The position numbers and the translations under genes are program-made. A stretch of DNA of 55,743 bases from a virus (taxonomy: Duplodnaviria > Caudoviricetes). Of the stretch, positions 1 through 6,801 are shown piece by piece. Every line of letters starts with the position of its first letter. Position 1 is the stretch's first letter. A model generated the notes under the pieces. It worked only from the letters and a program-made list of their open reading frames with translations. It made no database searches and was not told the DNA's origin. The DNA is taken from IMG/VR virus record IMGVR_UViG_3300046167_000092, positions 1 to 55,743 of that record. One strand, written 5' to 3'.

Positions 1-12
1 ATAGTTCTTCAA

Positions 13-276
13 TCAATTTAATCCCTCCACTTTATGCCAGTACTCATCAAGGATAAGTACTTCTTCAAAGTTATGTTTATAATCTATATTTAAGTCTTCC
101 CATTGTTCATAAACCTTTTGAGTTCCGTCTTTAAAAGTTATGTGTAGGTCTGCTCTTAACAAGTCCCAATCTTCTACCTTATCCCAATCAATACCTAGTT
201 CTTCTAAGTCCCAACTAAGATATGCACTGTACCTAGCTTCTATATACTTTGGTTTATCACTATCAACATTCATCAT
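13..276 (-). CDS. Hypothetical acidic early protein (allele of 50244-50513)
   Basis: ORF with GAGGAGG SD; divergent homolog in the right repeat. Confidence 0.75.
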   Translation of the reverse strand: MMNVDSDKPKYIEARYSAYLSWDLEELGIDWDKVEDWDLLRADLHITFKDGTQKVYEQWEDLNIDYKHNFEEVLILDEYWHKVEGLN

Positions 277-406
277 TAACCTCCTCGCCTAACCATAGCT
301 TAGTTTCTATAGTATCTCCTATAAACTCCCAAACATAATCCCAATTAGTACTGTAATATTTGTTTAGTAATTCTACTAATTCTTTTTCAAATTCTTTACT
401 CATCAT
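263..406 (-). CDS. Small hypothetical protein (47 aa, MMSKEFEKELVELLNKYY...), left repeat only
   Basis: Translated by hand; AGGAGG SD upstream; below the ORF-track cutoff. Confidence 0.55.
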   Translation of the reverse strand: MMSKEFEKELVELLNKYYSTNWDYVWEFIGDTIETKLWLGEEVNDEC

Positions 407-415
407 CTACCTCCT

Positions 416-1126
416 ATGCTGTTTGTATTACAAAGCCACTCGTATCTTTACTTGGCTTTACCCTTTGCTTTTAGACCAACAATCACATTGCTCTTATCTA
501 AAAATCTTAAGTCTGTTTCATCACCATTGACTACCTCTCTACCCTTGAAATGTATAGGCATCTCACCATTGAATACAACTGCTATGTTGTAAGCAATCTT
601 GTCGAACAGATTGGCGTACTTCATATTAGCTTCTGAGTAACTCCATGTCAAGTGATAGTTTTTATGTTGCTTTACTTTTCTTGTAGGTATCTTGGTGTAG
701 TCATAGAACTGAACAGTCGGAAAGATATCAAAGATATTTTGTCCATCTATCTTGATTGTCTCCCATTGTATGTCACTAGTACCATTCAGTCTTATGCAAG
801 GAAGCTTATCTTTCTTTTCACAGTATCTTACAAACTTCATGATGTCTGTAATCAGGTAAGTCATGAAGGTATTCTTAGTCCTCCAAATACAAATTAGTCT
901 TACGCTTTCTAGCTTCTTGTATGACATTAGTGGTTTCACCCTTCTTTATAATGCCACCTCTACCTGCTGTATTTAGACAGGCTTCCTTGCACCCTGCAAT
1001 GTCTTGATAAGGACATATCTTAGTGTTGATTGGACTCAAATGCATGATAGCAGTTAAGTAATTACTTAGCTTATCACCCTTCATAACTTTAGGGTTTCCA
1101 CTAACGGTTAATAGTTTATAGCTCAT
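416..1126 (-). pseudogene. Gp88-like protein, left allele, broken by two +1 frameshifts (~875 and ~450), probably read errors
   Basis: ORFs 875-1126 and 448-939 together align to the intact 50830-51657; CP..AGC...CL and IRLNGTSDI motifs present. Confidence 0.75.
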
Positions 1127-1155
1127 ATTTTATCTCCATTAAGTTAAAATTAAAA

Positions 1156-1400
1156 GGTAGTTTTTCAGTCCCGAAGATTACTACCAACTTCTCCAACAGC
1201 AACTTGAACTATAGGTTTTTATAGTGCCTGTCAACACTCGCAAATTGTGGCTTTGTTGTTTAGAGTCTGTACAAACCTCCACGCAAATGTGGGAAAATCA
1301 GACTTTTAGTGTGTTGGAAAACGGTTTCTAGCACTTACTCCAACTCTCAACCCATGACCACGTTTAAGGATTTTATGATAGGCTCGTTTAACACTAAACT
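1156..1400 (-). ncRNA. Tandem structured RNA elements (multi-stem junctions plus H-type pseudoknot) in early intergenic region
   Basis: Nested inverted repeats UUUAGUGU/ACACUAAA, GUUGGA/UCCAAC, AGUCUG/CAGACU, ACUAUA/UAUAGU, GGUAGU/ACUACC; no ORF. Confidence 0.45.
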
Positions 1401-1401
1401 T

Positions 1402-1806
1402 TTATGCAAACAATCTTCTGAATGACATAACTAACCTAGCAAAGAAGCTGTTAGTTGTGTAATATTCATAGTCGTTTATAACCTCTAAAGTATCTTGAAC
1501 ATCAATGTTTGAAGCTACTTCAAGTATTTGCATACCTTTGTTATCCTTACCAAGAGGTGTTCGCCTTACAAAATGTAAAGGTCTACTTGGTTTAGGTTTC
1601 TGATTATATATAGATACTTTACCTGAATGATAACCCTCAAAAGTATCTCCTGTAGTAATCTCATGCCTTTCTTTACTAGCTCTAACTCTAGCAATATTTA
1701 CACCTAAAATATTTAGTTCATTCCAAAGTGTTTGAATACTTTGTGGTGCTTTTTCGATTGATACAACAGTTTTTGTATCTCTTTTTCCATAGACGATTTT
1801 CGCCAT
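1402..1806 (-). CDS. Hypothetical early protein
   Basis: 134 aa, GGAG SD, near-identical copy at 52196-52600. Confidence 0.85.
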   Translation of the reverse strand: MAKIVYGKRDTKTVVSIEKAPQSIQTLWNELNILGVNIARVRASKERHEITTGDTFEGYHSGKVSIYNQKPKPSRPLHFVRRTPLGKDNKGMQILEVASNIDVQDTLEVINDYEYYTTNSFFARLVMSFRRLFA

Positions 1807-1835
1807 AATATATCTCCATATTTTTAGTTAAAATT

Positions 1836-2100
1836 AAGGTGCTAGTTGGTTTATTTACTACTCAAACTAGCAGAAAGAGTATTTCAGGACTGTTGCTCGG
1901 TTTATATTTGTTCTAGTTTATCCTGATTGCACAGTTTAATTTTACGATTTAACAGTAATCCCTAGAGACCAAGCGATATTATTATTGTGCTTAAAGTTAA
2001 AACAGTAATTCAGTTTTACTTTGCTACACCTTGTGCTTGATGTCCTATAGTTTACATCTTCAAGAAAGCATTTTTTAATTAAATAATTTATGCCTTACAT
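1836..2100 (-). ncRNA. Structured multi-stem RNA leader with 3' pseudoknot and a variable internal insert
   Basis: Closing stem AAGGUG/CACCUU, four internal stems, pseudoknot UACUC/GAGUA plus GCUAGUU/AACUAGC; conserved in both repeats except one loop. Confidence 0.45.
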
Positions 2101-2115
2101 CTTCTCGGATTCGGT

Positions 2116-2322
2116 TTAGTAAATTTCTTTTGAATATACTAGTTTAGAAGCAGTAGCATCTTTTAAAAACAAATCTAATCTTGTTTCTTCGATAACTTCT
2201 TTTTCTAATTCCCAGTCATATCTTGTGCTATGAATAACTAAATCTCTACATACAAAACAATTTCCTTTGTTTATTGCTTTTACTTCAATTTTAGTTACAT
2301 CTGATATTCTAATCGTTGCCAT
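2116..2322 (-). CDS. Hypothetical early protein (divergent allele of 52884-53090)
   Basis: 68 aa, AAGGA SD, downstream of a promoter. Confidence 0.8.
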   Translation of the reverse strand: MATIRISDVTKIEVKAINKGNCFVCRDLVIHSTRYDWELEKEVIEETRLDLFLKDATASKLVYSKEIY

Positions 2323-2378
2323 AGTTATTTCCTTTTAGTTGTTTAGTCTTAGTAGACCTGTTAGTTAATTGCCCCACT

Positions 2379-2407
2379 ACAATAGCAAATCCAATCGGAG
2401 TTGTCAA
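2379..2407 (-). promoter_or_regulatory. Early sigma70 promoter TTGACA-17-TATTGT
   Basis: Minus strand TTGACAactccgattggatttgcTATTGTagtggggcaat. Confidence 0.8.
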
Positions 2408-2429
2408 GAGGAATAGGGCATATAAGTAT

Positions 2430-2717
2430 TTAATGTACGATTTTTAAATGACTTTTATTATGTAATTTACTTTCTTCTTTATAAGCAAGTTTATCTTCTT
2501 CAGAAACATTATCCCAATCATTATATGATAAATAAGGATTTTCAATGATATCAAAAGAAACTTTAGCTTTAGCTACTATGCTTGTAAATTCTGTAATTAA
2601 TTCTAATAAATCTTCTTTATCTAAATTAAATAAAAGATTTTCATAAGCTTCAAAGCCTTCCATGTCTGAAAGTCTTGTAAACTCTTCTATTTTATCGAAA
2701 TATTCTATTGCTTTCAT
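2430..2717 (-). CDS. Hypothetical acidic early protein
   Basis: 95 aa, AGGAG SD, identical copy at 53198-53485. Confidence 0.8.
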   Translation of the reverse strand: MKAIEYFDKIEEFTRLSDMEGFEAYENLLFNLDKEDLLELITEFTSIVAKAKVSFDIIENPYLSYNDWDNVSEEDKLAYKEESKLHNKSHLKIVH

Positions 2718-2727
2718 ATGTTTACTC

Positions 2728-3003
2728 CTATATTTTCTCTATGTTCCAAACAGTTCCCTGCTCCATAGATGTTTTGTTTAAATAATCAAAAGTTGACGTA
2801 ACTTTCACCCAACCAAATCTACCCTGATAAATCATAGACCTATCTTCTTTCATGTTGAAAGCTTGTCTAAACCTGTAACCCTTTGATTTAAGGTAGACTT
2901 TTGCCTTCTCCAAGCTATTAAACCTTACAGGTTTTCTTGTTTGAGAGTCGACAATTGTTGCCATGTTTTGTAATCCATTTGGATTTTCACATTTCTTTTT
3001 CAT
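2728..3003 (-). CDS. Hypothetical early protein
   Basis: 91 aa, GGAGGT SD, identical copy at 53496-53771. Confidence 0.8.
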   Translation of the reverse strand: MKKKCENPNGLQNMATIVDSQTRKPVRFNSLEKAKVYLKSKGYRFRQAFNMKEDRSMIYQGRFGWVKVTSTFDYLNKTSMEQGTVWNIEKI

Positions 3004-3005
3004 AT

Positions 3006-3227
3006 TTACACCTCCATGTAATTGAATTGGTCATCATCAATGACGCTGTTAGCTTCTAATTCTAAGCAGAACTCCACAGTATCTAAGTAGTCTTGTTCTA
3101 CAAGACTTTCATCAGAGCAGTCTATAAGTTCATCATGTTTTATTTCATCAAACCTAACTTCAAGGCAGTCAAGGTCTGTGTAATATTCAAGTTCATCAGT
3201 TCTTTGTTTTTCGTTGGCTATTGCCAT
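3006..3227 (-). CDS. Very acidic small early protein
   Basis: 73 aa, D/E-rich, first gene behind a promoter; copy at 53774-53995. Confidence 0.8.
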   Translation of the reverse strand: MAIANEKQRTDELEYYTDLDCLEVRFDEIKHDELIDCSDESLVEQDYLDTVEFCLELEANSVIDDDQFNYMEV

Positions 3228-3257
3228 AATCGTTCTCCATTGGTTGATTGCCCTATC

Positions 3258-3286
3258 ACATTAATCGATTGGACAAGAGTTGTCAA
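3258..3286 (-). promoter_or_regulatory. Early sigma70 promoter TTGACA-17-TAATGT
   Basis: Minus strand TTGACAactcttgtccaatcgatTAATGTgatagggcaat. Confidence 0.8.
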
Positions 3287-3348
3287 GTGAAAGTACACAT
3301 GTAAAGCATAAACATAAAATACTTTACATGTGATGTATAAATAAATAT

Positions 3349-3705
3349 TTACCAAGACAGTCTGCTTGGCTCATAGTTGAAATCTTTAGGGTTACTTGTA
3401 AAACCATAATCTTTCCACCATGCTCTAGGTCTTGAATACTTACCTGTTTCATTATAAACTTTGCAGGAAGCATCAGTCATTGAGTCTCTACGCCATTGAA
3501 GAAACGCATGAACTTTGAATTTTTGTAAAGACATTCTCACTTTGTGAGCATTTGACCTCATTGTCACCCATTTTCTGCCTACTTTTATTTCATAACCACG
3601 ATAACCATACTTTCCATGAAAGTTTGTGTAGAAATGGTCAGACATTTGAGGGTTTAAAAGCCTTTCCATACGAGTTTCGCTAATTGCATTTACTAGATTT
3701 TCCAT
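3349..3705 (-). CDS. Hypothetical basic early protein
   Basis: 118 aa; allele at 54117-54473 differs mostly by synonymous changes. Confidence 0.85.
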   Translation of the reverse strand: MENLVNAISETRMERLLNPQMSDHFYTNFHGKYGYRGYEIKVGRKWVTMRSNAHKVRMSLQKFKVHAFLQWRRDSMTDASCKVYNETGKYSRPRAWWKDYGFTSNPKDFNYEPSRLSW

Positions 3706-3768
3706 ATATTTCCTGTGAACTCAATAGTTCGGTTGAAGCAGTCAGCGACATTGCTGATTGCCCCAATA

Positions 3769-3797
3769 AGCTTAGAGCCTGTTTTTGGAGTTGTCAA
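3769..3797 (-). promoter_or_regulatory. Early sigma70 promoter TTGACA-17-TAAGCT
   Basis: Minus strand TTGACAactccaaaaacaggctcTAAGCTtattggggcaat. Confidence 0.75.
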
Positions 3798-4082
3798 GAA
3801 GGAAAGCACAGGTAAACATGTTCTAACAGGCATACATGTAAATACAAACTTTATGTGATTTCTAATGTAAATTATTTACATGTTTATGCGTAAAGTTTCG
3901 CCCTGCCATCAAGGGTCAGATGTAAAGATTTTACACACACAGCACATGTAAAGCTTACGTGTAGGCGATTTGGAACTGCTGGTCTACTTTTTTGAGGTCA
4001 GATTTAGGGCAAAATAAATTATCACGCCTGTTGTCGCAGGAAGAATATTATTCTACGCAGGACAATCGCACATGTAATTAAT

Positions 4083-4112
4083 TTGCAATTTTCGGAAAAC
4101 TGTGAGTACAAT
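4083..4112 (+). promoter_or_regulatory. Sigma70-like promoter TTGCAA-18-TACAAT
   Basis: Lies upstream of the lone + strand early gene. Confidence 0.5.
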
Positions 4113-4169
4113 GTTTCGGCAAATCAATGTCGGTTTGCACAAATAGTCCCTTGGACTAAGGATGTTTTT

Positions 4170-4448
4170 ATCAAAAATTCAACTCAAACTACGTTTACTC
4201 CTACTAACCCTAAAGCTAAAGCTTCCTACGGAATGGTCAGAAAGATTGCTTCGCAGTTCAGCAAAGCTGAGAAGTGTCCAAAGGACATCAAATGGGGAAC
4301 TATTCATGGTCATTTCTTACAGAAATTAAATGACACAAAGTCTCCATTGACCCAAGGTCAAGTAGTTAAAATCTTAGCTATGAAGTCCTTGCCTTCGGCA
4401 GACTTGAAGGCTATGCGTTCTTACAAGAAACTTGTAAGTCTTGCATAG
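4170..4448 (+). CDS. Monocistronic basic hypothetical protein; start uncertain (ATC 4170 or ATG 4233)
   Basis: Own promoter and terminator; AAGGA SD 7 nt before in-frame ATC; copy ends at 55217. Confidence 0.7.
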   Translation: MKNSTQTTFTPTNPKAKASYGMVRKIASQFSKAEKCPKDIKWGTIHGHFLQKLNDTKSPLTQGQVVKILAMKSLPSADLKAMRSYKKLVSLA

Positions 4449-4467
4449 TAGCTAAAGCTACTCACTA

Positions 4468-4493
4468 AGAAGACCCTTCGGGGTCTTTTTTTT
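4468..4493 (+). terminator. Intrinsic terminator
   Basis: aagaccc-ttcg-gggtctt followed by a T run; copy at ~55237-55262. Confidence 0.9.
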
Positions 4494-4499
4494 GGCCTA

Positions 4500-5100
4500 A
4501 AATAACCTAAAGTCTTTAAAAGACTTCAACACATACAGAGACTTTGAAAGTCTCCCTAATAGGCCGTCAATTGTTTTCAGCACCCAAATCATAGATTTGT
4601 CCTACGGAAACACACATACACCCTACACAGCATAACAAGTTCACAGGAAGCTTTATAAGCTTTCCTAGGCTCTTGTTTACATGAGGTGAAGGTTATCATC
4701 AACCATAGGTTGAAAAGCTTTGTAATGGCTTTAGAATGCTGTATAGCTTGGTAAACTCTGTAGAGTTTGTAGAGTTATAGAATAGACGTATATTTTCTAT
4801 GAAAATCTTGGAAACTTCAGAGAACTCTTAAGCCTTTGGCTTAGACTTGGTAGATTTTGGTAAGTTCTGTAGAGTCTTTAAAGTCTAGTAAGACTTTAAG
4901 TTGGGAATAATTTCATTAGCTTGGTAAACTCTATAGAGTTTAGTAGGGGAGGCAAGACCCACCCACCCCCACCCATATATATATACTAATGCTTATACAT
5001 TTTTAGGGAATTTGAGTTGGAAACTTCACAGAGCTTTTCTCTCTTTATAGAGAGCTAATTGTTTGTTCGGGTTCGGTAGGTTTGTTCGGGTTCAATAGGT
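4500..5100. repeat. Non-coding region rich in short palindromes; candidate packaging/origin region
   Basis: agcttggtaaactct(g/a)tagagttt twice (4745, 4918), aagtctttaaaagactt, gagactttgaaagtctc, gtttgttcgggttc twice; directly upstream of terS. Confidence 0.6.
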
Positions 5101-5147
5101 CTAGAATGACCATGAGGATATGTTTCAACCCCGGCACACTTAATGTT

Positions 5148-5176
5148 ATTATATAGTTCAGAATCACTTTTGTCAA
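5148..5176 (-). promoter_or_regulatory. Perfect leftward sigma70 promoter TTGACA-17-TATAAT
   Basis: tgtcaa 5171-5176 and attata 5148-5153 on the + strand. Confidence 0.8.
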
Positions 5177-5202
5177 GTCTTTCGTAAAATATTTCTAAAA
5201 GC

Positions 5203-5231
5203 TTGACAAACTCTATATAAACCTCTATAAT
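5203..5231 (+). promoter_or_regulatory. Perfect rightward sigma70 promoter TTGACA-17-TATAAT for terS (leaderless)
   Basis: TTGACA 5203-5208, TATAAT 5226-5231, ATG at 5238. Confidence 0.85.
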
Positions 5232-5237
5232 ATCCGT

Positions 5238-5660
5238 ATGTCTTTACCATCAACAACTAAAAGAAAACTGACAGAAAAACAAGAGAACTTCCTTAATAAT
5301 CTCATAGAGACTAAAGGAAACCTCAAACTTTCAGCCGAACTTGCAGGGTATTCAGGCAATCACTACCAAGTTATACAATCACTTAAACAGGAAATAGTAG
5401 ATTTAGCCAGTGACGTACTTGCAAGGGAAGCCCCTTTAGCTGCCTTTAAACTTGTTGAGGTCTTACAGAGTGACAAAGCATTGCCACAAGCAAATGTAAA
5501 GTTACAAGCTGCACAGACCATTCTAGATAGAGTTGGTTTAGGTAAGAAAGAAAGATTAGATGTGAATCATAATGTTAGTGGTGGTATTTTTATACTACCT
5601 GAAAAACAAACAATTGATGTTGAAGCAGAGGATGCTAGTTATGAAACTTTGGATAACTGA
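5238..5660 (+). CDS. terS: Terminase small subunit
   Basis: LTEKQENFL...AELAGYS HTH-like start, AAQTILDRVG motif, position upstream of terL. Confidence 0.75.
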   Translation: MSLPSTTKRKLTEKQENFLNNLIETKGNLKLSAELAGYSGNHYQVIQSLKQEIVDLASDVLAREAPLAAFKLVEVLQSDKALPQANVKLQAAQTILDRVGLGKKERLDVNHNVSGGIFILPEKQTIDVEAEDASYETLDN

Positions 5661-5817
5661 GCATGTAGATGAAGATGGAGCTGCAATAGGTCCATACATC
5701 AAAGCAGAAAACGTAGCACAAGCTAATAGAATAGCAATACAATATGGATTATTAGTTTTAGGAGAGATACAAGAACTACAACACGATAGTCTAAATAAAG
5801 AAAGGATAGTACACTAA
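5641..5817 (+). CDS. Small hypothetical protein
   Basis: MKLWITEH...; GAGGA SD; abuts the next gene. Confidence 0.6.
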   Translation: MKLWITEHVDEDGAAIGPYIKAENVAQANRIAIQYGLLVLGEIQELQHDSLNKERIVH

Positions 5818-6107
5818 TGCCAAAAGAAAAGGATAGTAGATTAAAAAGAGCAGGAGTATCAGGGTATAACAAACCTAAGAGAACTCCAAATCACCCTAAG
5901 AAGTCACACATTGTTGTGGCTAAAGAAGGTGATAAAATTAAGACCATACGTTTTGGTGAGAAAGGTGCTAAGACTGCTGGTAAGCCTAAAGCAGGTGAAT
6001 CAGCTAAAATGAAAGCTAAGAGAAAGTCTTTTAAAGCAAGACACGGTAAAAACATTGCTAAAGGCAAAATGTCTGCAGCCTACTGGGCTGATAGGGAGAA
6101 ATGGTAA
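5817..6107 (+). CDS. Lys-rich basic phage protein
   Basis: 96 aa with KTIRFG, RKSFKARH and SAAYWA motifs typical of marine phage basic proteins. Confidence 0.8.
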   Translation: MPKEKDSRLKRAGVSGYNKPKRTPNHPKKSHIVVAKEGDKIKTIRFGEKGAKTAGKPKAGESAKMKAKRKSFKARHGKNIAKGKMSAAYWADREKW

Positions 6108-6108
6108 G

Positions 6109-6306
6109 ATGCCTCAACTAGGAAGCAACGAAAAGCCTGTCCTTATGTCTAGTAAGAAGAATAAGGGTAGAGTCTATGGACCTTCATGGCATGGAGGCAA
6201 AGGAGCAGCTCCAAGAGTCAACATACATTCTAAACAGTATGCTGATAACTGGGATGCAATATTTGGAAAGAAAGGAGAAAAGGATGCCAACAAAGAAGAA
6301 GAGTAA
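6109..6306 (+). CDS. Small hypothetical protein (HGGKG..PR...Y.DNWD.IF)
   Basis: GGAG SD; motif common in marine phages. Confidence 0.65.
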   Translation: MPQLGSNEKPVLMSSKKNKGRVYGPSWHGGKGAAPRVNIHSKQYADNWDAIFGKKGEKDANKEEE

Positions 6307-6472
6307 GTCAACCGTGAACAAAGCTGGTAATTATACCAAGCCCACTATGCGTAAGAGACTTTTCGAGAGGATTAAAGCCGGTACTAAAGGTGGTAAAGCC
6401 GGACAATGGTCAGCTCGAAAAGCCCAGCTCTTAGCTAAAGAATACAAAGCCAAAGGGGGAGGCTATAAATAA
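6284..6472 (+). CDS. Basic protein resembling the N-terminal part of DUF5872
   Basis: NYTKPTMRKRLF...GGKAGQWSARKAQLLAKEYKAKGGGYK. Confidence 0.7.
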   Translation: MPTKKKSKSTVNKAGNYTKPTMRKRLFERIKAGTKGGKAGQWSARKAQLLAKEYKAKGGGYK

Positions 6473-6558
6473 GATGAAGGAATTTATGATAAAGATGATG
6501 GATAGACTAAACAAAGTCTACGCAAAACTATTTAAGAAATGTTTAACAACAAAAACAA

Positions 6559-6801
6559 ATGCCAAAAGCAAAAAGTCAAAAAAGTCTAGATAGATGGTCT
6601 AAACAGAAGTGGAGGACTGCCAGTGGCAAAAAGTCTTCTAAAACTGGAGAAGTCTACGCACCTGCTAAAACAATAGCAAAGCTTAAGTCTACTGCTGCTG
6701 GTAGAAAAAAACTTGCAGCAGCTAATGCTAAAAAGAAAGCAGCTACTAAAAAAGGTAAACAACACGCAAAGCACGGATTACATAAAGGCAAGAAAAGGTA
6801 G
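6559..6801 (+). CDS. Basic protein resembling the C-terminal part of DUF5872
   Basis: SQKSLDRWSKQKWRT.SGK.SSKTGE.Y.P motif. Confidence 0.7.
   Translation: MPKAKSQKSLDRWSKQKWRTASGKKSSKTGEVYAPAKTIAKLKSTAAGRKKLAAANAKKKAATKKGKQHAKHGLHKGKKR

Larger units (their letters stand above)
1..4974. repeat. Left copy of ~5 kb terminal redundancy (early region)
   Basis: About 2340-4974 matches 53108-55743 almost base for base (offset 50,768-50,769). 13-2340 matches in patches, with allele and gene-content differences. Confidence 0.95.

Noticed and set aside
1140-2110. tRNA, tmRNA or self-cleaving ribozyme in the structured intergenic regions
   Set aside because: I could not find a cloverleaf with a T-loop, a hammerhead CUGANGA/GAAA core, or twister/pistol consensus; an Infernal scan is still advisable.
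2116-2322. Diversity-generating retroelement TR/VR pair with 52884-53090
   Set aside because: There is no reverse transcriptase, the differences are not adenine-specific, and the pair is part of the terminal redundancy.
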